From the IMG/VR virus record IMGVR_UViG_3300030385_002649, positions 306,805-370,804 of that record: a DNA stretch of 64,000 nucleotides, one strand, 5' to 3'. A model generated the notes under the pieces. That model saw only the letters and a program-made list of their open reading frames with translations. It did not search any database and was not told the DNA's origin. The position numbers and the translations under genes were made by a program. The first letter of the stretch is position 1. Every line of letters starts with the position of its first letter. Shown here piece after piece: positions 1-11,500 of this stretch.

Positions 1-1527
1 GCCATATACTTCTGATTTGTGGAGACCGTGGAGATGCTTGCCTATCATCCCTACTGGCAATTCTTTATCGCCGTGGTAGCCTGGTCTTCTGTCAACCTCG
101 CTTTGTTTCGTTGGCATAAAAGGGTCGATTAAGAAATTGAGACCTTTAATCCCAGTAGGGATCTTGATTACGCTATAGATGTGTCCTGCTGAGCTTTTGT
201 AGGTCAGGCCGGTTTCAGATGGGTCCTTGTCTAATAAGCCTCCTCTTACAGCTTGACTGACGACGTTTGTCACTTGTTTGAAGATTGCGCTGGCTGGCGG
301 GAAAAGCGGCTTGTCTTCAGAAGACCACGGATGCTTCTCTTGATCGTCTTTGCCGAACTTTACTGGCTTCTCTAACCCTATCTTGTCGCCCCGTTCGTCG
401 AACTCGCCTGGAATGTAATCCATAGCGGTGTCCATGTTGAGGACAGCTTCGACATAATAAACGTAAAATTTGCCAAAGTTCACTTTTCCTGGAAGCTCAA
501 GGTCTCTGTGTTGACGGTGAGGAGGAGCACCAGTGAACACCTTTGTATAAGCGTTTCTTGGGATTTTGAAAGTAAGGTTGTCATAGACTGATTCGGCGCT
601 CTTAGGTCCGAGGATCAGTTCTTTAATCGAATAGCCGCCGAGTGCGGTATTTGGAGTGTCGTCTAAGCCAAGTCTTTCAATGACCGCTTCAGCGATATCC
701 GCCTTATATTGGTTTAGGACGATATAGACCACTTCATTATACTGGTACTGCAGCCATTCTGGGGTGCCTTCAGCGCCCTGCCCTTGCCTACCGAAGCTCA
801 TTCTATTTCGTTTAGCAGACTTTCCGACAGGTCGGTCGATAAACGGGGGACGCACTGGGTCTCCGCACACCCAACCAATTTCACCCGAGTTTACTCTGCT
901 TCTTACGGTTTTCTTAGCTGCAAAGCCTCCTGGAGAGTTTGGATCTCCAGTTCCGCCGATTTTCTTATGGCGAGCTAAACACCAAGGGCACTCGTCGATC
1001 TCGTCTGAGTTAGGGCCATGGCGTTGCCAGACTTTTCCCTTATGAGGAGGCCAAAAGCCAGCTTCAGAGCTATATCCGGATTTCCGCCATTCGTTGCCTA
1101 AAATTTCGAATTCTTGCTTAGTGATGTCATCATAAATCCCGACGCCAGACGCGGTTGAGACTAGAGAATTGAGCCTAAGCTGATCTCTTAGTTCCCGCCC
1201 AGTGTCCTCTCCGCCTTCTTCTGCATTTGGGAAGATACCTGGTTTGCAGGTGATGTTGCCTTCTTCGTCTTCGATTTTTTCGCCATACATTAGACCTTCG
1301 AACGTATCGTATTGTACGGAACTTGAACTACTGATGACCCCTGCTTCGATTAGAGTTTCTTTAATAGAATCGAACTCGTTATTGGGAATAACAACTTCGC
1401 ACTCAATTCTGTAGCCTTTACGACTATCTAGACCTCTAGTACCAACCACTACAGCGTAACCGTTTTTGGCGGCTACTTGTTTTGGATCATCTTCAAAAAG
1501 CAATTGACGAATCTCAGAGTCGAGCAT
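1..1527 (-). CDS. Large hypothetical protein, partial (runs off left edge); probable virion/head-associated
   Basis: Manual translation from ATG 1527 (MLDSEIRQLLFEDDPKQVAAKNG...) stays open to base 1; absent from the ORF track; ATAAATA lies just upstream. Confidence 0.8.
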   Translation of the reverse strand, partial: MLDSEIRQLLFEDDPKQVAAKNGYAVVVGTRGLDSRKGYRIECEVVIPNNEFDSIKETLIEAGVISSSSSVQYDTFEGLMYGEKIEDEEGNITCKPGIFPNAEEGGEDTGRELRDQLRLNSLVSTASGVGIYDDITKQEFEILGNEWRKSGYSSEAGFWPPHKGKVWQRHGPNSDEIDECPWCLARHKKIGGTGDPNSPGGFAAKKTVRSRVNSGEIGWVCGDPVRPPFIDRPVGKSAKRNRMSFGRQGQGAEGTPEWLQYQYNEVVYIVLNQYKADIAEAVIERLGLDDTPNTALGGYSIKELILGPKSAESVYDNLTFKIPRNAYTKVFTGAPPHRQHRDLELPGKVNFGKFYVYYVEAVLNMDTAMDYIPGEFDERGDKIGLEKPVKFGKDDQEKHPWSSEDKPLFPPASAIFKQVTNVVSQAVRGGLLDKDPSETGLTYKSSAGHIYSVIKIPTGIKGLNFLIDPFMPTKQSEVDRRPGYHGDKELPVGMIGKHLHGLHKSEVYG

Positions 1528-1539
1528 ACCTTATATTTA

Positions 1540-4500
1540 TCATCGGTAGAGGTATTCGTTAGTATTGTCTCCAATAATATCGATGATACGTTGTTCGGTT
1601 TGCTCCCGAGACTTGATTTCCTCCAAGAACTCAAGATATTCTTCTTTATCAGAGCGCTTTTTGGTGTCCCAAATGGTTTCCAGTTCTCCAGGATAAACCT
1701 TGATGATTGCTTCCTTAACTAAGTTGTTTGGGTCAAGCTCAACGAGACACATTCCGTCGTCGCATTTTTCGATCATATAACCAAGCAAGCCGTTAAACGA
1801 TGCTTCCTCGTTGATGAACCCCTTGATAGCAACACGACAGAAATCGCCTTCGATACGCCTCATTGGCCTATTATAGCCATCGTTGAGCGTTTCAGGTCTC
1901 GCACCAGTCCACCGTGTTCTCCACTTTGGATCAGCCTTACGCATCGCCGCGCTAAGTTCACGGGCATCTCTGACGTCTTTTCTAGTGAGGGACGTCATGG
2001 TCACAATGCTATAATCTTGGTCTAGCCTTCCAGTTGGGTCTTGGTCCAATTTAGACATTCTAGTTCCGTGTGCCCACATAATCAAGTTGCTGATGGACCT
2101 CATCACCTTGGCGATTCCAATACTAAAGAAGTGTTTTCCTGTCTTAGGGTCAATCGCATCAGTCGAGATTAGAGGAGACTTGATCAGCGCCATCAAGTCC
2201 TCTGAAATGCCAGAATAAAACTGTCTAATTGGCTTAGAGAGTAATTTTTTGTACTTCGGACTAAGCGAAGTTTCGGTATTGATGTAATCGTATACTTTAG
2301 CGATTGGACCGTCGGCTTTCCAGTACTTTCTGAAGTACGGGACGATGAATTTGTGAATCAGAGCGTTCTTGATTCTGTTCTTCTCGGCAGCTGGTTTTCC
2401 AATAGATTCTTTCAAATGACGCTCTGAAAGATTATAGATTTCTTCCAAATCATCAAAGATTCCGGCTACGATACCCTCAGGTAGAGGTCTGAAGTGGAAG
2501 GCCCAGCAACGGTCACAAACAGGGTTCTGAGCGTTTACGACTCTTGGTCCGGTTTTGCTACCACCCGCCGTTTCGGCATCATTTACTAGTTGGTCACGTT
2601 CTTCTGGGTTGACTTCCCCGCTTCGATCCATAGCAGCAATTTTGTCTCGTGCGTCGCCCTCTTGAGGCGAGACCATTTTCCAATCAGTCTTGCCCTCATC
2701 TGTAGAGATTTCTGCAACTCTTCTCGGCAGCTTAGCGTTGTTAGCTGGCAACTTGCTCTGACAATTTTGAGTCATGCCGCCAATCTTAACAGAATACGAA
2801 CACTTGAGGTTCCTCTTAGAAGAGTCGGCCGCTTTAGCTCCAGACACCACTTCAACCATACTGTTAGGGTCGATTACCCATTGGACATCTGGCCCCTTTT
2901 TGGTGTGCATGACCGTGTCGTGATAATAACCATCCCACATTTGGCGGGCCATGTATAAGGCTTTTGTAAATGGAACGTTCTTTAGGCGGTCGATAGTCCA
3001 GCCTTGTTTAGCGATCGCTCTATAAATGCGCAAGGCTTTTTTGACGGCTTTTTTCTTCTGTTCTTCGCTAGCACCGTCCTTGTTGACCGCCATGAAAGCT
3101 TTAGCTATACCCTTTAATGTGAAACCACCTTTTTCTTTTTCGTCTTGCATATAAGGCATGAGGTACTCGGCGACTCTTGCACCACCTGGGCCTTTAAGAC
3201 CAATGTCGGCAGCGACTTCTTCAGGGTTTCTCTCCCAGTCGAAATCTTGGATAGCCCATGGGAATTCTTCTATAACGAGGTTCGGCCCGTCCCACTTTAG
3301 GTCTAGTAGAGCTAGCCCCATTTGGCGACGAGAAGATCCAAACACTTCTTGGAATGACTCGGAGGCAGGAGGAAGTTTAAGCTTTAATGCTTCGGCTGGC
3401 ATTCGAGACTTGCTCTTGTCGTCAAGTTCTTCTTTATAAACGATCCAAGGTTGGAAATCGTTATCCCCAAAGACGCGGGAGTCAGCTGAGATATCGTTTC
3501 TTAGGCTAGTAACGATTTCCAGAGCACTGGCAATACCTTGTTTGCTGTACTCTTCTGGGTTTCCTCTGAAGTTTTTGAACGCTTTCTTTTCAACGTTAGC
3601 ACCGTTGCTATCGATTGGCAAGTAATCACCATTAGCGATTTCTTCTGCTGAATAGATCTCAGCCGAGCCCTCATCAGTCTTCTTGAGAGGCAGTTTCAGG
3701 TTCTTGACTTGTAACTCTTTAGAGTTAAGACTTCGCTTCATCTGGCCTTTGGCTATGACATCAAGCAATTTTAGATGTCTAGTGGCCCTCTTGGCGTATT
3801 CTCTATAAGGCATTCCAACAACGTGACCCACTGCTGGATGGTTGTGACTGTCTAGCTTAGCTTCTTCTGAGGTTGAGTAAACACCATAGACGAGCGGTTC
3901 GTCATACTTGACTTTTTCGCCGGTTTCCTCGTCTACTTGTCCGACTGGGAAGACATCTACCAGGTCAATCTCTGGGTTAGACAACCAACCTTTTTGAGAC
4001 AATTCTGATCTTGTGATTGCGTCAACAGTTGTTGTTTCGTCACCCGCAAGGATGTTAACGTTTACAAGTTCATTAGGGTTGTAACCCATAGATACTAGAT
4101 AAGAATCATGATCGAAGTCCGGGCTAGCAAAGTCATAATTGTTGATATCGAATTCTTTGTCTCGCGTTTCAACTTTAGTATCTCTAGGAGATGGGCGGTT
4201 TAGAGTTCCAAACTTTTTGCTTACCATCTTCTGAGCCGTGAAAAACCTCTTTTTACCCTTCGCTGTTGTGATGGTAGCGCTTAACGTCTTGAGGTCAGCG
4301 GGGCCTCCCGTGAACTTCTTCTCAAGCGGGAGGACTACTCCGATTGGGTCGCCCTTATCGTCGAACGTCGGACGCCCATCATCTAGGACATAAACCATAG
4401 TTGGCATTTGAGAAGCCGAAACGACGAGGTCCTTTGGATCCTCGGATTCCCTAACCTTTTTGTATTCCTCGAACGTTAATTGTTCTTTTCGAAGTTCAGC

Positions 4501-6267
4501 TGACGAAGCTCCGTCTGAACTACCTGGCAGCCCCCAGCCTTCTACTTCGTCAGTGATTACTGGCTCATAATTAGCATAACCATTATCCATCTGAGGCATG
4601 AAATAGTAGACAGTATAGAGTTGGTCGTGAGACTTGGCGACGTCATCTGATCGACCCTGAAGCTTGGCTCCTACATTTTCGTATTCGTCGTATGATTCTG
4701 GCCAAAACTTGCTAAAAATGGCATAAAGAGGGCCGTTAACTCCGAAATTTCTATTCTGATGGTCGTTAGCTGTTCCGATCCACTTAGAAATAAGATTATT
4801 TTCAATCGCTTTAGTAATGTTGCCGTAGACGCCTATAATTCTTTGTGAGATATCTACGAGTATTCTTTCCATGCTGTCAACCTGAGCAGAGGTCTGAGCG
4901 ATTTGTTGTGGAGTAGCTAGTGGTTGCGCGCTTTGATAATCTGCGCCGCCAAGTTGACTTTCTTTCTTTTTTTGGGTAGTTCTTGCTGATACTTCCATCT
5001 CGTTAAGATCATTGAGAAGTGACACGTACTTTTCAATTTGTTTGTCAAACTGAGGAGAATAAGGGATTCTGAAAGGCTGAGCCGGACTATAATTGATGCT
5101 GACGCCGACGCTGCGAGAGTAATTCTCTAAGTCCTTTATCTGCTTCCATACTCCGGTTTCTTCTAGAATTTGTTTTATTTTTCTAACTTCGTCCGCTTCA
5201 ACACCAAACCCTGTCAGACTTTCGTCGTCGATAAGTTCATCGACTTGGAAGACTGGGACCATTTTCTCTGGGACGTTTTTCCTAGCTTGCTTAGCCTGGA
5301 ATTTTACTTTGGTCTTGGCTCTTTGGATTTGTGAAAGAAAACCGCCAATATGTCCCATTCCTACTGCTTTTAGAGCTTTTGGAAGAGCAAATTCGTTACT
5401 CTTCACTCCATCATAATAGCTGCGGAGGCCGTCTTGGATTAGTCCCCAGTTTTGTTGTCTTTTCTGGCTGTATTCTGGTCGGCTGAATCCTGAGATTCCT
5501 TTTTGCGAAACGTTTAGAGCATCGTCTCTAGAGTAAGGCTCCTCGCCACCAACGGTAGAGCCAGGTCCGGTTGCGTCTTGGACTTTTTGGTGAGCATCAT
5601 AATCGTCAGAAGACATGGTGTCTTCTTTTGATCGCCTATTAAATGGGATGATATCTCTGAATGGGTCATCCTCGAAGTCTCCTTGGCTTTCTGGGGCTTT
5701 GACGGGCTCGACTTCTTGGCTTCCGTGTTGGAGACTCGGTGTGGCGAACGCTGAAGTTTGTTCTTTTTCTTCTTCGTCTCCACGAACTCTAGGGCCGTCT
5801 GATTGTGAAACGTCGGAGTCTCCAGCATAGTAATCGTCGATGCTGGTTGATTCTTCGATTTCGTCGAACCATTCTCTAACGGCGTCGAAGGGTTCAGAAG
5901 CTAATTTGAATTTGTCACCTTGTGTTTTGTTTAGAGTGTCTAACAGCCATGGCAGAGCGGTATCGGAGACGTACTCTGTGAGCCGTTCGATTTCGGCGAG
6001 GTCTATGTCCCCTTCTTCGGCGACGTTACTCAGGATCGAAGCGATCTCTTCTGATGGATACTTGCTTAGGAAGCTGTTGAATGACGTTCCCCATCTTTTG
6101 ACATCTTTTTCCAGCAGACTAAAGTCACCACCTTGAGAATCGTCATACTTTGGAAGATCAAAGTGTGGGAATCGGTTGTTTAGTCTTTGAAATTCTAATG
6201 CGAAATCTTCGATTCCTGATCCAGAATCGTCAATCGCTTCGGCTATCACATTGATAATGTTTTTCAT
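1540..6267 (-). CDS. Giant hypothetical protein (~1575 aa), probable virion protein
   Basis: Track ORF 1540..6381; likely start MKNIINVIAEAIDD at 6267, after the stop of the upstream small ORF; acidic and charged; one CDRC motif; no recognised domain. Confidence 0.8.
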   Translation of the reverse strand: MKNIINVIAEAIDDSGSGIEDFALEFQRLNNRFPHFDLPKYDDSQGGDFSLLEKDVKRWGTSFNSFLSKYPSEEIASILSNVAEEGDIDLAEIERLTEYVSDTALPWLLDTLNKTQGDKFKLASEPFDAVREWFDEIEESTSIDDYYAGDSDVSQSDGPRVRGDEEEKEQTSAFATPSLQHGSQEVEPVKAPESQGDFEDDPFRDIIPFNRRSKEDTMSSDDYDAHQKVQDATGPGSTVGGEEPYSRDDALNVSQKGISGFSRPEYSQKRQQNWGLIQDGLRSYYDGVKSNEFALPKALKAVGMGHIGGFLSQIQRAKTKVKFQAKQARKNVPEKMVPVFQVDELIDDESLTGFGVEADEVRKIKQILEETGVWKQIKDLENYSRSVGVSINYSPAQPFRIPYSPQFDKQIEKYVSLLNDLNEMEVSARTTQKKKESQLGGADYQSAQPLATPQQIAQTSAQVDSMERILVDISQRIIGVYGNITKAIENNLISKWIGTANDHQNRNFGVNGPLYAIFSKFWPESYDEYENVGAKLQGRSDDVAKSHDQLYTVYYFMPQMDNGYANYEPVITDEVEGWGLPGSSDGASSAELRKEQLTFEEYKKVRESEDPKDLVVSASQMPTMVYVLDDGRPTFDDKGDPIGVVLPLEKKFTGGPADLKTLSATITTAKGKKRFFTAQKMVSKKFGTLNRPSPRDTKVETRDKEFDINNYDFASPDFDHDSYLVSMGYNPNELVNVNILAGDETTTVDAITRSELSQKGWLSNPEIDLVDVFPVGQVDEETGEKVKYDEPLVYGVYSTSEEAKLDSHNHPAVGHVVGMPYREYAKRATRHLKLLDVIAKGQMKRSLNSKELQVKNLKLPLKKTDEGSAEIYSAEEIANGDYLPIDSNGANVEKKAFKNFRGNPEEYSKQGIASALEIVTSLRNDISADSRVFGDNDFQPWIVYKEELDDKSKSRMPAEALKLKLPPASESFQEVFGSSRRQMGLALLDLKWDGPNLVIEEFPWAIQDFDWERNPEEVAADIGLKGPGGARVAEYLMPYMQDEKEKGGFTLKGIAKAFMAVNKDGASEEQKKKAVKKALRIYRAIAKQGWTIDRLKNVPFTKALYMARQMWDGYYHDTVMHTKKGPDVQWVIDPNSMVEVVSGAKAADSSKRNLKCSYSVKIGGMTQNCQSKLPANNAKLPRRVAEISTDEGKTDWKMVSPQEGDARDKIAAMDRSGEVNPEERDQLVNDAETAGGSKTGPRVVNAQNPVCDRCWAFHFRPLPEGIVAGIFDDLEEIYNLSERHLKESIGKPAAEKNRIKNALIHKFIVPYFRKYWKADGPIAKVYDYINTETSLSPKYKKLLSKPIRQFYSGISEDLMALIKSPLISTDAIDPKTGKHFFSIGIAKVMRSISNLIMWAHGTRMSKLDQDPTGRLDQDYSIVTMTSLTRKDVRDARELSAAMRKADPKWRTRWTGARPETLNDGYNRPMRRIEGDFCRVAIKGFINEEASFNGLLGYMIEKCDDGMCLVELDPNNLVKEAIIKVYPGELETIWDTKKRSDKEEYLEFLEEIKSREQTEQRIIDIIGDNTNEYLYR

Positions 6268-6292
6268 AACACTCTCGTACTGGTTATCTTTG

Positions 6293-6511
6293 CTAGCCCG
6301 TCTGTTGGCCAGACATCCCATTGATATCTTGGACGATCTTAGAAAGTTGTTGCTCTTCGGCTCTAATATCCCTAGAACCATTTGGTCTTAGTTGGCCAGG
6401 ACCAAAGCCAACGTCGATCTGATCAGGGCCTATAATTTGTTTTAGCTCTTTAGCTACTGGGCGGCCCAACTTGTATCTAGTTACCTGGATCCGGGAGGTC
6501 TGGGATTTCAT
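6293..6511 (-). CDS. Small hypothetical protein (72 aa)
   Basis: MKSQTSRIQV...; ATG overlaps the stop of the vWA gene (ATGA) and the ORF fills the gap. Confidence 0.55.
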   Translation of the reverse strand: MKSQTSRIQVTRYKLGRPVAKELKQIIGPDQIDVGFGPGQLRPNGSRDIRAEEQQLSKIVQDINGMSGQQTG

Positions 6512-7266
6512 CTTCGGTCTTCTGCTTCCTTTATTTTCTCCCTGACGTAAAACCCTCCGCCACCAATTGCTAGAGCGGTCATAAATTGATCTTCCTGAGA
6601 CCCTTTTTGAATATTTCCAATCCCAAGGCAATTGACTTGGATAGGATCAAGTTTAGCTTTAGCCCTTCTGTCCTGCAAATTGAGCAAGTAAGTTTTGTGA
6701 TATCTGAGACGCCATTCGAAAAAGTCCTCGCTTCGCTCTTTACGGACCTTGGCGTTACCTGGAAAAGAAGGCGGGACGTTATCGCTAAACCCGCCGTCGC
6801 TAATAACAACGATGCTGATGCGTTCTCGTTTCTCTTCAAATGCTTGTTTAAGTGCTGGCAGAACACTAGTTCCGCCGCCAAGGTCCAGGCCGTCCAACCA
6901 TTTGTGCGCTTTTTTAAAAGCTACTTGAGATGGCATTCCTGCCCACCCTTTTGGGATTCCTTCTTCGGCGACTCCAGGCCATCTAAGAACTTGGTCATCG
7001 AAAGCAATGAGAGCTATTTCCATTTCATCGATTGGTTGTTTTGCGATCATAGCAAAAGCTGTGAAGGCCCGGTCCAACTTATTTCGGCTCATACTGCCGC
7101 TACAATCATATATGAAGAGCACGTGTTTTTGAAATCTAGTCTTTTGCTGAACGACTTCAATTTCTGTATATTCTTCCTTCTCTTCGTCCGCTAGAGAAAA
7201 AGGGATGAGAAGAGAGAACAGAGTTAGACTAGCAAAAAAGACCTTTAATTTCCGGGACATTATCAC
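6508..7266 (-). CDS. Exported von Willebrand factor A (vWA) domain protein
   Basis: MIDAS-type motifs LFIYDCSGSMS, GGGTS, VVISDGG; N-terminal hydrophobic signal peptide. Confidence 0.85.
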   Translation of the reverse strand: MIMSRKLKVFFASLTLFSLLIPFSLADEEKEEYTEIEVVQQKTRFQKHVLFIYDCSGSMSRNKLDRAFTAFAMIAKQPIDEMEIALIAFDDQVLRWPGVAEEGIPKGWAGMPSQVAFKKAHKWLDGLDLGGGTSVLPALKQAFEEKRERISIVVISDGGFSDNVPPSFPGNAKVRKERSEDFFEWRLRYHKTYLLNLQDRRAKAKLDPIQVNCLGIGNIQKGSQEDQFMTALAIGGGGFYVREKIKEAEDRR

Positions 7267-8490
7267 TCCTTGTTAAGATCACATGTTTATTTTTATATCT
7301 TAAGGAGGTATCAATAAACCATTGTAGCTGCTTAAAATTTAAAAAATCTTTAGTAGTCCCATCTTCGAATTCAATTCGATATTGAAACTTACTGCGATTT
7401 TCTAGTTTTCTGACCGCCAAGATAGGCGATAATTTATACGGGGGAGTGGAGTACGGCTTTATAACTCTGGAAGTGACTCTTCTAGCGAATGTTACTTCGA
7501 GTTTTCGTCTTTCTTCGGACATGCCTGGATGCTCATTCCCTTTTCGACCAAGTTTTTAAGCTCGCCTTTTCTGACTGAGTCATAGCGCGCAAATTTTGGA
7601 TTAATTTCTGTATTAGGAGATTTGTGGCCAACCCTAGTTGTAGCGCCAGAAACATTCCAGGTCCAGTCTTGTTCAATGTGGCGATTCTCTATCAAAAGTT
7701 GCACGGCACGGCTAGGGTTGACAGCCCCGGGCCAGAAAACAACTCTTTTGTGCTTAGGAGAAAATCTTCCGCAAGCCAAATAAGTTTCACGTTTAGAATG
7801 GTAAGGCAGCGTTGATTCTAGCTTACATAGCGCTAATTTTTCATTTCTGAGAACGTAAAAAGCCATAGAATCATGGTCGTCTAGCATAGCGTCTGGGGTA
7901 GCGATTGAATCACTCATATTTCACCAAGTCGAGGAGTCTTTCCACAGCTTTGCGGTCCTCTAACTCTTTATCTACAATTGGGAATAATGAGTTTGTTATC
8001 ACTTTAGCCATCCAGTTGTGCTGAGAATAAAACACTCTCTTGCTTTCTGTGTGGTATAAGCGGATTGTTTCGTTTACTTTTTTAAATTCCTTATTCACGA
8101 TCCGGTTCTTTCGGGGATCACCCTATGAACGTTAGCAGTGATGATAGCATACTTAGTATTCAATCCATTCCTTATTAGGGTGATCTCTTGATTTTTAGAT
8201 ACTCCATCGTTCAGCTGTAATTGCTTCCCGTTTCTAAAAGGCGTGTGCGTTTCAAAGTTGGTTCCAGTAATTCCATATGCTTGTTTTATCGTCTTGACGG
8301 ATTCGGAAGGATATGCTTGTTTCTGAATATTAGATCTTTCGTGCACGTTTCCTATCGTGTCTTGGCTCATTGTTTTAATGGACGCCAGTCTGACTGTGGC
8401 AGTCTGATCTCTAAAATCAGTGGGCCGTTTCTCGTCGTCAGACAAAGCATTGACCACTATTATAATAACAAAATCGTTTAAACCTAGCAT
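7229..8490 (-). CDS. Four overlapping small hypothetical genes (7229-7522, 7492-7917, 7910-8098, 8095-8490)
   Basis: Chain of ORFs with overlapping start and stop codons. Confidence 0.6.
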
Positions 8491-8533
8491 CTCTTATCTT
8501 TGAAGCGACAAAAATAAATATGTAGGCAACAAT

Positions 8534-11500
8534 ATGAATCCAAACGACTTCGACGACATCCTAGATTCAGTCCTTAATGAAAAAGGCGGTTACCTTGGAA
8601 AATCAGATTCCAAGAAAAAAGAGTCTGGAAAGAATCCAAGCCATGAACGCTACCAAAAAAGTCCAAAGCGCAAGAAACTAGTAAAAAGCATGACTAGCGA
8701 TTACGACAAGCGTAATCCAAACTCCCGCGATTTGAGAACCAAGAAGAGCACGGCAAAAAGATGGCCAAACGGAGAAACCGCAAAAGAACTGAAATCCAGC
8801 GGCGTCGACGTAGCCGGTAAAAACTGTGCCCGCCCAGGATGTAGCAAACCAGCCGCAGAGCTAGACCACGTTGACCAATCGAAAGCCACTTATACTAGTT
8901 CGGCCATCCCCAAGACACAAAACCTATGCAGGGACCACCACACACAGAAAACCAGAGAAAACGTCAAGAAACACGGGAAAGACGTAAACCAACACGGAAA
9001 AGCCAAGTCAGAAGGATTCGATAGACTGATCGACATGGCCCTAAACGAGGGAGAATTCCCTATGGACCAACACTCCGACGACCCCCTCAATGACAGAAAG
9101 AAAATCCGAAAAACATTCAAGACTAAAGTCGGCAGAAGAAAAGAATACAAGGATAATAGCAAGATTGAGCTAGAACTTTATCGCCACCCAGAAACTCCAA
9201 AAATTCTGATGTCTCCAAAGAAATCAACTGACAGAGAAGCATTCCACGCTGCAGCCAGTGAAGCCGGTAAACACCCAGATTATTATTCTGTCACAGTTTC
9301 AAAAGGCGACAGAGAAGTCGTTTATAAAGGGCCAGTTAGCAACAATACTATTCAAGAAGTCGAAAGTTCAAAAGGATCATCCTACGAGCCAGTAAAAGGA
9401 GGAGACAACGGAACAGGTGCTATCACCATCCTCGATATCCCATCAGGCAAGCCACAATTGTTTAACATAAGCGAAATCAAGGTTGGAGAATATACATTAG
9501 ACCTTTCTGACATCATTAAGATTGATGGTAGAGTGATTGATCCAAAAAGTCTAGAAATCATCGTCGCTACAACAACTAAGCCAAATTGGTTAATAAAGGC
9601 CGAGAGAGAATGGGCTAAAGACTCTGTTTCTAGAATGAGCGCCCATGATCTTGCAGTTCAGAAAACTCAAGAAAAGAAACTGCAACAAATCGCAGCCAGA
9701 AAAAAGGAATCCGTCGACCCGTCGTTGTTTGTGCATGATAAAATGATACAAAGAAAAAGAGCTTTCGAAGCCCTTAAGAGCAAGTATATCACACCTATTA
9801 GGGAACTTGAAAAAGAATTTGGCTTCGCTCCAAACACTCTTGACAACTTTAGCCTAGAGAAATTTAGTGACAAGAGACACGATCCTAGTAAAAACAAGAG
9901 ATACTTTATCGACCTGATTGATCATGATAGCGAAGAATACGAAGAACTTCGAAAGAAAGAAATCGCCAAAACATTGCAATCTTCTGGGAATAGTTCTAAG
10001 TTTAAAGAACTGCTTCTTCCAAGATCTGGTGAGTCTCTCGTAGACTATGAAAATAGAGTCACAAAGATTGAAGGAGTCGCTTCGTCTCGTGGCGGTCGTG
10101 GTGGTAGGAATGACCTAGTCAAGAAAAGAATCGCGATCAACAGTTTGCTTAGAAAGTATAACCCAGTCAAGAGAACAGAAGATGGAGGTCTGCAATGGAT
10201 GAGCTTCGGCCCAGCCCAAGAGCTAACAGGGATCGTTGAAAACATCTATTTGCTGATTCCAAAAAATATGGGCACCGTCACATCCTCTCTGACTGGAGAA
10301 ATGGAAGAATCTAAATTCCCAGAGTGGCTACAGAAAAATGGAGCTTCAAGAATTAAGGGCGGCATAGCTGATCCTAACCAGAGTCTTTATGGTGGCGGCG
10401 CCAAGAAAATCGTTGATCCTAACACGGAAAGGGGCGTTAAGCTAAAGCCTATTGACTTCGTTACTGATGAAGAATTGCAAAGCGCTATTGACAGTTATGG
10501 CAACCCCCACCTCACTGACGGTGATAATGAAGCGGTGCTGAGTAAGACTAAGGTTCTCGATACGTTCGCAATGAAGCCTCAAGAAGAGCGTCTCCCAGTT
10601 AGGAAGAAAGTTCTAAACCGCATCTATCGCGACATCGCCACGGACCAACTTGGGGCCGAACAATTTGCGTCCCTTCCGACAAATGAGAAGAAAGAAGCCC
10701 TGAAAAAGGCTAGAGAGCACGCTAGAGAATTCTGGAACACACCTCGTCCTAACAATAAGAAACCGTTCACAGAGGTTTTCGACGATTTCCTTTACGAAAT
10801 GGAAGTAGAAGGACAATACGCTCAAATTGCTACTAACTCCAAAATGTCTAAGAGAACATGTCCAGAATGTCGAGGGCGAGGCACAATCGCTAACGACGCT
10901 GAAGGAGTCGAGGGAGACACTAAAAAGTGCCCAACTTGTGGCGGCGAAAGGTTTATTGACAGCGGAAAGGCGAAGACTATTGACCCAGAGTTGATGGCAA
11001 CGTTGGTAGGCGACGCTAAGAAGATCCTTAGCCAACTTACGGCTAACAAGAGGCCAACGAAAAATGACGAAGATGCGGTCGTCAATGACTGGGTCGCAGC
11101 TTTGATGAAAGCTCTCCCGAAGGGTTTCCTTGGCTCACAAGACACAGATGGCAATGACGTCATCAAGCACCGAGCTCGCGCAATGCTTCTTAAAGTTCTA
11201 GAATCAGAGCAACGCCTAATGCGTTCATTCAAGACCGAAAGAACACAAGGTAACGAAGACGACACAGAAGGTAGCGTTTGGTTGACAACAACTCACGAGA
11301 CTCCAAAGATTAGCCGGAGGGTTCTGAGCCACCTATCTACAATTCCAAAAGCGAAAGAGATGGTTAGAAAACACATCGCCGAACCGAAGGCTGGGGTAAA
11401 ATGGGGCTTCCAAGCTGGTGGGGCATCTGAAGAAGGCCAAGTAACAATGCCTCATCAGAAATCTAAAACCCCAAGAGTAATGTCTATTAGAGAACTAAGC